The position numbers and the translations under genes were made by a program. Below the pieces are notes generated by a model that saw only the letters and a list, made by a program, of their open reading frames with translations, had not been told where the DNA came from and searched no databases. A stretch of 52,237 nucleotides of DNA from Octopus bimaculoides (Eukaryota), in the NCBI RefSeq assembly GCF_001194135.2, contig NC_068984.1, positions 44,588,101-44,640,337 on the forward strand, written 5' to 3'. Positions within the stretch are counted from its first letter, which is position 1; each line of letters opens with the position of its first letter. Below, in pieces: positions 36,365 to 49,232 of this stretch.

Positions 36365-37240
36365 AAACCCATTGAAAAATACTAGGGTCAATATTTGTTC
36401 GACTAAGCTGATGTTCAAGGCAGTGCTCCAAGATGGCCGCAGATCAGTGATTGAAACAGGTAAAAGATGTGCGCGCGCGCGCGCTGCATGCAAACTCACC
36501 AAAAGTTTGGAAATCTTATCCATCCGCTGCATCAGCAATAACTATCGAGCGTCCTCCTCTCAGCTCGTGTTCTCTCTCTCTCTCTCTCTCACTACTACTA
36601 CTACTTCTTCACTTTTTCCTGTGTCCTGGGTTACTTCTTTTTCACCTCCTCCCCTTCGTTTCATACTCTGTCTTCTTATCACTCTTTCCCCCACCACCGC
36701 TGCCCTCGTCCTCTCATTCCATCCCCCACCAACAACAACACTATCAAAACCACTACTCTAGCTTGTCATGTTATGGCCTTTGTACGAGGATAGACGTTTT
36801 TTTGGGGGGGTTCTCTCTGACGACTTTACTATAACTACCAGCTGATACACACCACCACCTTCATGTCTGTGTCGTCACCAGCACCATAAAACTTCTGCTG
36901 TCTTCTCTTCTGTTCTCTCTACCTTCTCCAATCCTATCAGAAACTCTCTTACCAACACATCATCTCAGCCAGTTTGACGTTTACTATTATTATCATACTT
37001 ATCCACTAACAGTCTGACACTAACAGCACCAAAACAACAACAGTTACAACAACGACAGGCAGTACAGCTATAACCATCATATCTCGTTTAAGGCTGTCCT
37101 TGTCCTATTACTCTTAACGAAAAAGTGGGCGGATCATCACAGCTGGTTAGAAACAGTAGAAATACGGTGGTTTGGATTTTGGAATTTTACCTTTCTTTCT
37201 TCCCGTCTCTCTAGCTTGATGAGGTAACTATACATACTTC

Positions 37241-37278
<38 letters not shown>

Positions 37279-37283
<5 letters not shown>

Positions 37284-37451
37284 AGGGGTGCTGAAAAGTT
37301 CCTGGCTTTGGATAAAAGAAAATACAGGAGGATCAGTTAATAATGATTTTATTTAACATGTTCCCCTCTCAGATTCACACACTTGTTGCAGCGGTCCTTC
37401 AGTTTGTCTAATCCCTTCAAAAGAACCCGGAAGGTCGGGCCTTCACCCAGG
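37279..37451 (-). mobile_element. Mariner 3' end with TIR, truncated by a gap
   Basis: TATGAGGGGTGCTGAAAAGTTCCTGG TIR; minus strand GLDKLKDRCNKCVNLRGEHVK*. Confidence 0.8.
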
Positions 37452-37705
37452 NNNNNNNNNNNNNNNNNNNNNNNNNNNNNNNNNNNNNNNNNNNNNNNNN
37501 NNNNNNNNNNNNNNNNNNNNNNNNNNNNNNNNNNNNNNNNNNNNNNNNNNNNNNNNNNNNNNNNNNNNNNNNNNNNNNNNNNNNNNNNNNNNNNNNNNNN
37601 NNNNNNNNNNNNNNNNNNNNNNNNNNNNNNNNNNNNNNNNNNNNNNNNNNNNNNNNNNNNNNNNNNNNNNNNNNNNNNNNNNNNNNNNNNNNNNNNNNNN
37701 NNNNN

Positions 37706-37739
<34 letters not shown>

Positions 37740-37798
37740 CGCATTTGTAAACACGGGCGTATACACACGTGTGCTTGTGTGCATAGGTATGTGATGTA

Positions 37799-37924
37799 CA
37801 GGGTGTCCACCAAATCTGGGTACATGGGGATTAACACATACTTTAAGAAATTATTATTTCTTATATTTAATTGTTTGTCATGATTTTATTTACTCCATGT
37901 ACCCAAAACTTTGTGGACACCCTG
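37799..37924. mobile_element. 126-bp Tc1/mariner MITE
   Basis: TA-flanked; TIR CAGGGTGTCCAC..A..TGGGTACATGG on both ends. Confidence 0.85.
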
Positions 37925-39070
37925 TATATATCATTCTTGTTTCATTCATTGTGTATATATGTATGTATAAATATTTTTCCTTCAGGCTTTTTTAAACACC
38001 TATTCAGAAACTTTATTGCTTAATAATACTCTGACCTTTAACCGTTCACATTTCACCAATCACTTAAATTTATCGTCTACATGATGTATAAATGTATATT
38101 TATGATAGTTCATGTGCGATGAAGTTGGTGGGTGGGGCTGTGCCACTTACAAGCATAAACACACGGGGCGATTATTTGGTGGCCTAACAGGCCTAGGGGC
38201 CAAACACTAATCTATGTACGTCGCGGTTGTGTATGTAGGGGATTTCATGCATTGTTTTCTCCGGTGTCCTGGGGTGGGCATTATTAATTAGCAAGTCATT
38301 AATGATGGCTACATATACACTCATGTAGAATGTATGTTACTTTTGTTAGAGAAACATCGATTTTCTTGTTTTTTTTTTCTGTTTTTGATAATTTTCCCCT
38401 CACCAACAAATTGTTTGTAGCTAACTTTTTATTTCTCATAATTTCTAAGTCCTTCATATCATGCATAAACTTTCTATGTAAAATGGAAATATTAAGTCCA
38501 ATAGAGTCGACATGTTTTTGTCAACCTGGAGATTTATGTACAGATCAAAGTACCAGCCATATATTGATATCATTTATATTCAAGCTGATTTAATCAAAAT
38601 GTTTATACTAAGTACTAACTTTCTACTTATTCAAAGAAATCAGAATGAATTGCGGAATCAGTAGAGCATTGGACGAAATGTCTTGTGGTTGTTACACCTG
38701 TTTGTATTTTGAGTTCAAATATTGTCGGGTTTGGTTTAACTTTAATATTTCCAGGTATCAATGAAATAAGTACCAGCAAAGTACTCGGAATGATTTAATC
38801 TACCGATACCACTCTCAAAACGAGATAACTTCGGACAAGTATTACAAACCTTTAGATCGGTGTACGGGCAAAATGACTTGGACTATAAAGCTTTGATTTT
38901 TTTCACTAAGATCAATTGTATTTCTCTTTTTTTTTTGTTTTAAGGTCGATGAAATAAAGGGCCAATATATATTCCTATGATATAACAGAAATGGAAATGG
39001 AATTACTATACTGATTAAATCAACTGCACCCTATTTTCAAAATGTGTGACATTGTTCTTATACTAGAAAC

Positions 39071-39234
39071 GGTACTACTTAAATACAGAGGTCCCTTAAG
39101 GGTACTACTTAAATACAAAGATTCCGATACAAAAACTAATCCTAAAAACTAAACCTAAAACTAACCCTTACGAGTGTGCACTGTAGAAACATCGGTACGT
39201 AGATGCATCGGGACCTCTGTATTTAAATAATGCC
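39071..39234. mobile_element. 164-bp GG-terminated MITE (probable Merlin) with a degenerate CCCTAA-like interior
   Basis: TIR GGTACTACTTAAATACAGAGGTCCC vs reverse complement GGCATTATTTAAATACAGAGGTCCC; TSD CTAGAAAC / TTAGAAAC (7/8); left TIR tandemly duplicated at 39101. Confidence 0.75.
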
Positions 39235-39643
39235 TTAGAAACTGGATTAATATTACTGGTCATACTGATATCAAATTGAGCCGATGTCAACTTATTATCC
39301 TTCCGGGCCCAATAGAATAAAAGTAACAATCAAATATTTGAGTTAATATATTCGATTTTATCCTTTCACTAATTAAAGACTTTGTGTTTATGCTAGAAAT
39401 CTTTATAAACACTGTCTGTTATAGAACATTATATTGGTTCTAAGCGAGTGGTTTTCAGTTGAAGATGTTTCAGTTTACTTACAATGCTAATAGTATTTAG
39501 AAACGTACGAACGTCGGCAATTGGAGGGAAGACGACTGTGTGACCACAATACAGTCGTCTTCTGTCCAACTGTTGACGTTCGCGTATGATCTCGAGACCT
39601 CGTGATAGTTTCCCACCTTCGCTGGTGATAAATGATGTTTAGC

Positions 39644-39850
39644 GAGCTGGCGGAATCGTTAGCATGCCGGGCAAAATGCTTAGCGGCATTTCGTCTGCCT
39701 TTATGTCCTGGGTTCAAAATCCGCCGAAGTTGACTTTATCTTTCATCCTTTTGGGGTCGATAAAATAAGTACCAGTTGAACGCTGGGGTCGATATAATCG
39801 ACCTACCCAATCCCCCCGAAAAATGCTGGTCTTGCGCAGAATTTGAAAGC
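39644..39850 (+). mobile_element. Third SINE family, best copy; decayed copies near 28080-28290, 32130-32360, 38650-38820, 41755-41960 and 45200-45340 (-)
   Basis: GAGCTGGCGGAATCGTTAGC...GGGTTCAAAATCCGCC head and TTTCATCCTTT-GGGGTCGATAAAATAAGTACCAG core recur across the window. Confidence 0.75.
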
Positions 39851-42800
39851 ATTGTTTCTAAATTTAGCCCAGGGTTATACATTTTGGGGAAAGCAGGTAG
39901 TCGATTACATTGATATTACTGCTTGATTAGTACCTGTTTTATCAATTCTAACCAGAACCTTTGATTTCAACGTTGAACACATTCCCAACGTAGCTAAATA
40001 CTGCAAGGCATTTTATCCGATGTTCTGACTGTTCTATCAATCGTAGGGTAGTGATATTAGAGGGAGTTGTTAAATCTCTCTCAAACCATCCTCTACCGTT
40101 ACTAAAAACAGAACACATTGTGTAATGTTGTCCGGTGTATTCCACAATAAAAGACAATATTGTAAATGACTGGTATGACTTTTGATAATACCGTTCTTAA
40201 TTATTTGATAAGAGATGTGTCTGCTTTATTCGGGCCGACAAGAGTTTAAACAACAACTATACAGGAAGAGACTGAACCGCAGAGAGAATGCACGTGAAGG
40301 CTGTCACGCTTCGTCTCAAAGAGTTACTAACAGCTTGTAGGGCGGTGTAGTATGGTCCTTGAATATACAAAAACTTTGTATTAAAGAAAAACAGATCAAT
40401 AGTTCATGCCAAATTGTTCGGCCGATTACGTATCTACTTTAGCTTAGTTGAATGAAACTGACTTGAAACTAGTTTCTATAACTGTAGCTGGGTCTTTAGT
40501 TAATCAAATAAAACTTGCAGAAGCAAAGAGGCCTACGAATGGGTATTTTGTGTTATCCAGTTTGATTTCCCACTCTCGTATGTTCAAATTCGGTTGATGT
40601 TATTATCATTTACAACATTGACGAAATTAAAACCAGAAGCTTACTGATGTCAAATGACTTATTTTCCTTTCTTTAAAAAAAAAAAAAAAAAAGAAAAATT
40701 TGAGAGAATAAAAAATCTCACTCTCGTTGAAATTGCATTTTATATTACTCAGTTTCAGGTTGGAACTGCTTTCACTTGAGTAAATTTGATAACATCGGTA
40801 AATTACGAATATCTTGGATTGTGCTTCTGCTATCTTTGCCTTCTAATACTTCCCTCCTCTTATATGTAAGGAAAAATTACCTGTTAAGCGTGTGTCGTAG
40901 AATGAAGGTAAGCATCTAAGAAGCCTCACCATTGTGTCTACGTGTATTCACTATACATTTAACTTATATTTCCTAAATTATTTCTAAGAGCAGTGAATGT
41001 CACAACACCATTTTTTAAAATAAGAAATTCCTCAGAGTTTGTGTCAGTCCAAAATAATTAAAAAACATCATTAACAGCAATGCAACTGTAAACTAAACAA
41101 AATCCTGAAAAAATTCTCTTCCTGTTTTGTTTCACTTGTGGTACTGATACATTTCAAATCACCGTTACCCCCATATCCATTACATAACAAATTTACTGCT
41201 ATATCCCTTATAAGAAAGGCTATTCCTTGAAGCAGTTCTGGGAATTCTTTCTTTTTCTTCTCTCCTTCCTTTGGTAAGGAATGTCATTATAGTTTATCTG
41301 TGACTGGTGGCTAAAGCGAACGAAATAGTTTAACTTATATCACTCATGATTGTCCCTTGAAGAAAAGCATTAATGTTACACACTCATCTTCACTCTAAAA
41401 AAGTTGTGACTTTCTCCTTCCGATTAAGTTATTAAAGCAATGTAATGTACTTTAATGTAGCGTTAAGTTCCGATTAGTTAGAGATTTGTGGCCTAAATAA
41501 TAAATTGCACCTAATTAGTACATTTTATTGCTCTTTTTTTTTTTTTTTTTTTTTTGTCAAATCAATCTCATATTGTGTAACTCAAGCTCATTCCTCTGGA
41601 TGAGAAATTGCGACTAACAAGCCTTTGTCAAAAGCATTATCAGCGCGACTGAAGTTAATTGAACTAGGAGTGAAAACTGGCACGTTTCTGTGTGGCATTC
41701 ATCGTTTAAGAATAATAAAAAATTACTATGAATTGTTGTTGTTGTATTATGTGAGTGTGGCAGATTGGTAGAAGCAGAGCGCGTCGGACGAAATGCTTTT
41801 GCAATATCTAGTTACATCTCTTTACATTAAGAGTTCAAATCTAGCCAATGCCAACATTGCCATTCAGCCTTCTGGAATCGATAAAATGATGTACCAGGGT
41901 CGATTTCATTTTCATTGACTAAGCTCTTCCACAAACACTGTGGCCTTATTCCAATGTCAAAAATCATTATAGGAGAATACAGACAACTGAGTTGAGATCA
42001 AAACGCGCCACTTTCAGTTGGTCAAGTCCGCTTAGGTGTAAATATGTATAATAGGGTACCAACTGACAAGTGATTCCTAAGCATGTACTTTAGAGACCAA
42101 GTCCTCCTACAGGTATATAGAAAATAAATTTTTTTTAAATCATGCCTGTAATGCAGTAATTATCACATTAAACAAAATTAGTAGCCTCTTTAATGACCGT
42201 GTATTTTATAAATTACTCTTATCATTGCTGTTGTTTTGTAAGTACAACACAAAAATATCGCTAAACCTGGTTCGAGCTCTAATCATCTTGTTTTAGTTAA
42301 TTTCTAACGCAAGATGATTACTCTTGTAAAAACTAAATCGAAATCCAGTGGTAATAACCTTTTCAAACACAAAAATGTTATAAACTTTGATTTATATTTT
42401 AGTCTGAGAAGGCAGATAAGTACAATAAACCTTCTGTAGTGACTTGTTGGATCTACGTGGTTTTTAGCTTGATCCTCGGCAGATTGTTACTCTTCAGGAA
42501 AACACGAAGTAAAGAGAAGTACAAAGAGTTGTAGTTCAATGTTTTTAGAAAAGACATAACAGGATTGATAGTATGAGGGACGAGTACATCGGATGGTCTA
42601 TAACAAAGTTGGTTTACAGTTTGCTATTTCAGAAAGAAAAGCAGAAGTCGCCGTGATTGTGTTAAAAGATACAGATAGAAGACAATGAACGTTGGTGTGC
42701 AACTGATAGCATATTGAAGAGTCACTGTATTTCTAACCAGCTGAAAGGTCTTCCTTTTCTTATTTAGATTTTGTCTAAATAAGTGAAGCAGCAGCACTCT

Positions 42801-42937
42801 CATATATGATCAATGAATGTAATATGAGGCATGTATGTATGAATAATTTGTTTTGAGTATAACACCACAAAAGTTTTTCCTCTTTTAATTTCCATTTACT
42901 TTCGTCGCAGTGAAAGCAAGCAGTCTCTACAGTTAGC

Positions 42938-43066
42938 ATGACCGATCTGAGAAGAAAGATGGAGGAGAACTCGGTCACTTCTGGGCAATCGGTTATGGAT
43001 ATACCACTTGATGATGTTAATCCTGTAACGTTCGATGCACTGGATCATTCAAAGCGACAGGAAGAT
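42938..43066 (+). CDS. TPC3: Two-pore channel (TPC3-like), first coding exon, 43 aa N-terminal tail MTDLRRKMEENSVTSGQSVMDIPLDDVNPVTFDALDHSKRQED
   Basis: Polypyrimidine acceptor tttactttcgtcgcag ends at 42910; in-frame TGA at 42911-42913 makes ATG 42938 the first possible start; donor GAT|gtaagt, phase 0, joins the next exon in frame. This exon has no recognisable homology itself and is linked by splice signals and phase. Confidence 0.75.
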
Positions 43067-44122
43067 GTAAGTAACAACTGACAAGATGTGACATAAATAG
43101 CCCATGAAACCGTCATGTTATCACGGACGATTTCGTCTTCATGTGTTATAGTGACATTGGCGAAGTTTATGCCTTCTACTCATAATTTCTTTCTAGTTAG
43201 CGTTTCAAATATAATGACTAGTTTTTTCATGCAGATGACATCTAAGAGTTATCCATTGTTTGAATAATTACTCTTTTCACGTGTGTGCAATAGCGTATAT
43301 TTAGTGATTCTCCTACATGAAAGCACAGTGAAGTCGATGAATTCTAATGAGTCAAAATATACCTGAAGCATGTGTCCCCTACTTGTAATTGAGAGCTATA
43401 TCGTACATTAATTACAACAGACGTAATTAATTAATTTAATAAAAGCATTAAAGGAGGAAAGAAATGAAACAGTAATCATGTCCCTTACAATAGAAATTAT
43501 TTCCCTTCATTGTGTAAAATAAATCTAATAGAAGAGAATAGATCTTTTTCCATAGTTAGCCACACACGTTTTGCAAATTTAAACAGTTTATGTAGACGAC
43601 AGGAGTGAGTAAACATATTACTGGTATTAATCTTATTGATTCTGGAAGACTTGAGTAATGATAATTGGGAATGCCATCCGATTTCACACAAATTCAATAT
43701 ATAACGTAGTCCCTTTCCATGAAGTTCGAGGCACAGGTTTCCACTTGATAAGATAAATGTGACAAAATTAATTACTACGTTGTATTTGATCTGTCCGTTA
43801 TTATTTCATCCATATCCAACACTATTTTAAGGATGGAATTAAATTTCTTTTGATTGCTAAGCTCAGTGGTTTGCAGCATTTAATTTCGAGTTTCAGTGAT
43901 GCACCGACATCGATAAATTATATACCAGTAATGTATTAAGATAAAATTTGATCGATTATATTTCAATCCTCTATCTGATTTGGTCCTGTGCCTATTTAAA
44001 AGCAAGTAAATGTATGAATATATGCCAAAACTTCTTCTCAATCTGTTTGTTTTATATTTGACGGATCAATGAGAGTGATTGATTAGTTATTCATCGAAAT
44101 GTCATCTGATTGATTCTCACAG

Positions 44123-44199
44123 GATTTCCTGGTTGCTGCAACATTGATAAATGATGCCAAGTATGCACGAAACATGAATTTCAGAAAATCTTGCGTAAG
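44123..44199 (+). CDS. TPC3: TPC3-like coding exon 2 (DFLVAATLINDAKYARNMNFRKSCV+AG)
   Basis: Acceptor tctcacag; AAxLxxDAxxxRN matches the pre-S1 helix of TPC2/TPC3 as recalled; donor AAG|gtgatt (phase 2) is the one that keeps frame with exon 3. Confidence 0.85.
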
Positions 44200-45545
44200 G
44201 TGATTAGTGTTTTATTCACTATATTGTTTCTAAGTTTAGAAAAATGGCAGGATGGTTAGACCTTCGAATTAAATGATTCTCAATATTTACTTAAGATATT
44301 TTTGCGCAAGGAGTTATAATGCTGTTTGGGCAATCCCTGTCTTGTCCTTCTCCCACTTAAAATATAATACCTTTTTGTATGCAATATATCTCATGTTATG
44401 TGAAGGGGGATAACTCCAGTCTAACTTGAGTTAATTATTTGTATGTAAAAACAAATGTAGTTTTCAATATTTTATCTTCAAAGTTTTCAAAATATTGCAG
44501 GAGGATATTTGTCCTGTTATTGACAACAAAAGTACACTAAGTCTGTTACAACTCTATTTGTATTTAGGATGCACTGTAAGAATATAAAATGTAGTAACGC
44601 TCATAATTGTTAAACCAGGCTGTTGGCAATAACAGTTGCAGTGGTTGTAGTGACCACGGACTGTGGTAACGATAGGCTCGATGGTTGTGATGTGGTGGAG
44701 TTTATAATGGTGAGTCCCTTAACTGTCGTCATGTTTGTAAAGATGATTACATAATCACCACCGACAACAACACCTAAGCCAAAGTTAATGAAGAAGCCTT
44801 TGTGCATTGTATCAACCTAATTCTCTCAAACCACATTCGTCTTAAAAATGAAGGTCACACTAAACAAAGCGATCCTAGATAAAAAAAAAAAAAAGACGAA
44901 GCTAGAACGCTTTTTGATCATAGATTTGCTGTCTCAACAACAATTAAGTAAACTACATGAGGGCATCAGTTTGCTAGAAATAGTAACCAACCCCACTTTC
45001 AAATGACACTCCGATGTTTTAAACGGAAGGGCACATAAAGTAATTCTGAAAGCCCACTGCCTGGAAAAACAGATAGGTTGGCTGCAGTTTAAATTCCGCT
45101 GAGAATAGATCTGTTCACCCGGAGCATGTTTGGAGCTAAACAAAAATTGATAGACTTCAAACTGTAAATAAAGGAGTTTCCTTTTAGCTACCTACACTGA
45201 GGGCAGGAGTAATGTTGATTCAAAATCCGCCGGTGCTTTCACTGGTGTTTATTCAACTCAGAATTTGGCGGAATCTCAACTCAGAATATGAAGGGACATA
45301 ACTAATTACAAGCTGTTTTAACCAGAACCTATCACCTTCAGCGATACGAGAGGGAGAGAGTGAGAGAGTGAGAGAGAGAGAGAGAGGAGGTGAGGTGAGG
45401 TGAGGTGAGTGAATAGAACTAAGTATCACAAGCTGAAGAATGTGTATGTATTTGCAAGCGGAACACAACGGATACTTAGATGTGTGCATGTGAGTGATTT
45501 GTTGAAGTAGTATCTTGTCAATTTCTTAACAAACCTGTATTTCAG

Positions 45546-45666
45546 ATCTTACATATTTTACTCACGTTGGCACCAACGAGGACTTCTTTATCTAGCCTTG
45601 GTGTTGAACCTATCATTGTGTATCTTTGAGAAACCAGCGGTTCCTGGCTTCGAATTACCATTTTGG
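45546..45666 (+). CDS. TPC3: TPC3-like coding exon 3, S1 (RSYIFYSRWHQRGLLYLALVLNLSLCIFEKPAVPGFELPFW)
   Basis: Acceptor gtatttcag, donor TGG|gtaagt; 121 nt (1+40 codons); NLSLxxFExPA...LPF motif typical of TPC repeat-I S1 and the S1-S2 loop. Confidence 0.92.
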
Positions 45667-45859
45667 GTAAGTTCATTTAACTTTATTTGTATTATTAATT
45701 ATATCCTGTGTGCAAAGTTGTATTCTTGGGGATATATTCTACTCTTTACAAAGTTCATTTAGGTTCATAAGGGTGGCTTGTAGAATCTAAAAGGAGCCGT
45801 GCTTTTGGAAATATATCTGGCGCAGTATCATTCTACAGCAGGACAAAAAATGCTTGTAA

Positions 45860-46660
45860 AACAGCTCTTAGTCATCAATACCTACTTATTTGAACTCAGA
45901 ATCAAAAGTAAATTAAACTTTGCGTAGCCCTTGAAAGCCCTTGGATTTTCAAGGTGATAAAAGCTTTAATTTCATGTCATCAACAGCATTTCTTCCCAGT
46001 AGAAGTGTCAGAAGATTTTTGTAAACTTTAAATCCTGGTGTTTCTCGAGAAACAAGTTCTAGCAAGCATGAGCTTCCAGAAAAGTGAACTTTCAATATTG
46101 TATATTTGCTCTAGTGCGTAGCTCCATTTAGCAATCATTGTTTTTTTTTTTTTCAGTTGCTCGGGATTAAAAACAGATGCCATTGAGTCAGCTGTGGTAG
46201 CTTCAACAATCATTTTCATGTGAAAATTCAAGCGCATATTAAACCTTTCAAACCAGCATTTGTTATCCAGAATTTTTTTTTTAAGTTTCATCTCTTATTC
46301 TTACAAATCTTCACACAAACTCTGGGTTGTTTTTCTAATTATTACCGTGCCTATCAGCACGTCACGTCGAGTCAGGCCATTGATTCATGCATTCAAGAAC
46401 GGTTTCCTATTAAGTTTGACTGTAAATTTACGAAAAAGCAAACCTCCGAGCAGTAAAAGGAATAACTTCATGAGCACTCGACTTAATTTTCTCTCTAGTG
46501 TCACATATTTTTTCAGCTGTAGAGGTTGCAAGCTTTAACGTTTTTGCAATGCGGATGACTTTATTTTTTTCTCGCAACAAGCCTTTTGAAAACGTCATGT
46601 TTAATATCCAGTTCGACCCATTGGTAGCTCCTTTTCTCATAACCACTTTCATTTCCACTT
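45860..46660 (-). mobile_element. Tigger/pogo (CENP-B-like) transposase relic in a TPC3 intron
   Basis: IAKTLKLATST (HTH) and WFERFNMRLNFH...ATTAD...EQIYNIESSLFWKLMLARTCFS, a decayed QIFNxDETGLFWK motif. Confidence 0.82.
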
Positions 46661-46731
46661 GATGGCTTCCTTCCAGACAATTTCAATTGTAGGTAACTCC
46701 AGCAGTGGCGGTGATCAAGTTATTCACAACA

Positions 46732-46772
<41 letters not shown>

Positions 46773-47994
46773 NNNNNNNNNNNNNNNNNNNNNNNNNNNN
46801 NNNNNNNNNNNNNNNNNNNNNNNNNNNNNNNNNNNNNNNNNNNNNNNNNNNNNNNNNNNNNNNNNNNNNNNNNNNNNNNNNNNNNNNNNNNNNNNNNNNN
46901 NNNNNNNNNNNNNNNNNNNNNNNNNNNNNNNNNNNNNNNNNNNNNNNNNNNNNNNNNNNNNNNNNNNNNNNNNNNNNNNNNNNNNNNNNNNNNNNNNNNN
47001 NNNNNNNNNNNNNNNNNNNNNNNNNNNNNNNNNNNNNNNNNNNNNNNNNNNNNNNNNNNNNNNNNNNNNNNNNNNNNNNNNNNNNNNNNNNNNNNNNNNN
47101 NNNNNNNNNNNNNNNNNNNNNNNNNNNNNNNNNNNNNNNNNNNNNNNNNNNNNNNNNNNNNNNNNNNNNNNNNNNNNNNNNNNNNNNNNNNNNNNNNNNN
47201 NNNNNNNNNNNNNNNNNNNNNNNNNNNNNNNNNNNNNNNNNNNNNNNNNNNNNNNNNNNNNNNNNNNNNNNNNNNNNNNNNNNNNNNNNNNNNNNNNNNT
47301 ATATAGTACCGGTAAAGAACTGTTTTGTGAGAGCCCAAAATTGTCTTATTCCTATTGATGTAAGAACAGAATTGAGATGGAAGGAAGTACTGAATAATAA
47401 CAGTTAGCTGAAGAGTTACTGATTCATGGGCATTTCGCCCCTTCCACATCTGACTTGAGTTCTAAAAATGCTCCCCCCCCCCCTCAAGGAAAACGTAGTG
47501 TTGACGTACAACATATGAAGCCACAGAAATTGGTATCCTGCAAATACCATTATTGTTCTTAGCAGCTGGTTAATCAAAAGTTAGTGGGTTGATAGTCGTG
47601 GTGATAGTGTTGATTTTATTGGTTTTGTTATTGGCGGTGGGTATTGCTGGTGTTGACGAAGGTTATATTATTCTTGTTAATAGTATTGCTATTGGTGTTT
47701 CATCTCAGGTCAATCCTCATTAACCTAAAATCAAAAACACTTCATTCCCTTTTAAAAATACACTGGGGTACCATATTATCCTATACGATTGTCTTTAATT
47801 ATAGACAAAATTACTTACCTTATTTATACTGTTGGTGCTGTTGTTGGTCATTAAGGAGATGTTGGGGTTTGTAATGGCGGTAGTTGTATTGGTTTTGGAT
47901 CGATGGCTGTTATGTTGATGCAGATGATAGACAATGATGGTGGGGGTGGGGGTGGAGAAGGTTGACTTAGGTAGGTAGGTAGATATTTTGATTT

Positions 47995-48168
47995 ATCTTG
48001 TTTGTCTTTATACTGCGGCCATGCTGGGGCATGAAGAATTTTAAGTCGAATGTATCGACTGACATTTTTCAAAGCCTGGTACTTATTTTATCGGTGACTT
48101 TTTGCCGAACTGCTAAGTTACGGGGACGTAAACACACTAGCATCGGTTGTCAAGTGGTGTGGACACAC

Positions 48169-48205
<37 letters not shown>

Positions 48206-48414
48206 GGTAGGTAGGTAGGTAGGTAGGTAGGTAGGTGGAAGGATGGATATGTACACGACGGGCCTCTTTCAGTTTCCGCCTAGCAAATCTTCCCACAAGT
48301 TTTTGGGCGGCTCGAGGCTATAGCAGAAAACATAACCATAGGTGCCACGCAGTGGGACTGAACCCCGAACCATGTGGTTGGGAAGCAAGCTTCTTATCAC
48401 ACATCCACGCCTGC
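47995..48414 (-). mobile_element. Octopod tRNA-derived SINE in a TPC3 intron
   Basis: Same family as 34555-34950; central repeat replaced by (GATA)n/(GTAG)n. Confidence 0.82.
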
Positions 48415-48731
48415 ACCTATAGATATTCATTGTAACTGAAGAAAATATGCACAAACTCTCACACAGCATACAGAGTGAAAAATTCTATCGCACACTCCGA
48501 AAGTGCTTGTAATGACGTATACACAAAATTTGCATCTACACACATATACGCACGTGTGCGCGTGAGATTTGGCTGCTACTTCTAGCTGGTTGGGTGATCA
48601 CTTTTTATTTTTTAGTTGGAGAAAAAAAAAAAACAGCACCCATAACTTGTAGATGCTTTCTTTCAGATGGTGTCTGTCTATTCTGGTTTGTTTTAGCGCA
48701 CGCGTGTGTGTGTTCATTTTGTCAGTTAATA

Positions 48732-49010
48732 CAGGGGTTTTCAAACTTTTTGACTTGCGGACCCCTTTATATTTCAGGCTTTATCTTAGGGACCTCCTTA
48801 TAAACGCTTATGAAATTTATACATAAATATTTACTTAAAATAACATATTTTTACATTTATTTATTTAACAGTATTTAACAAATAGGTTTATTGTCAATTA
48901 AAAGATTTCGATTAAAAAAAATATATAAAATCAAATTGCCCATAAAAAGTATTTGCTACCCTTACGGACCCCCTGTCTTGCCCTTGCGGACCACAGTTTG
49001 AAAACCCCTG
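48732..49010. mobile_element. hAT MITE, same family as 30588-30846 in opposite orientation, in a TPC3 intron
   Basis: TIR CAGGGGTTTTCAAAC / GTTTGAAAACCCCTG; TSD AGTTAATA at 48724-48731 and 49011-49018; ends 93 bp before exon 4. Confidence 0.92.
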
Positions 49011-49103
49011 AGTTAATATATCTAAATGTTGTCAAAGCTGTCGGGGAATCCTCCAGCATGCCTTTGCACGTTTCTCTTCTAATGTAATTTCCGTCTATTG
49101 CAG

Positions 49104-49232
49104 GCTACAAGTCTACTAGAGTTGTTCTGTCTTGTTATATTTCTCATTCGAATCATCCACACAGCATATTTTGATGAAATGGAGAAATTCTGGAGAGATA
49201 CAAAGCACATAGTCCTCATTGTAATATTGGTG
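49104..49232 (+). CDS. TPC3: TPC3-like coding exon 4, S2 to S3 start (ATSLLELFCLVIFLIRIIHTAYFDEMEKFWRDTKHIVLIVILV)
   Basis: Acceptor ctattgcag, donor GTG|gtaagt; 129 nt, phase 0/0; E-x-x-C-L...R...FWxDTK motif of TPC3. Confidence 0.93.

Noticed and set aside
46773-47299. Missing TPC3 exon hidden in the gap
   Set aside because: Flanking exons join in phase and appear collinear with the recalled TPC3 sequence (LPFW-ATS).
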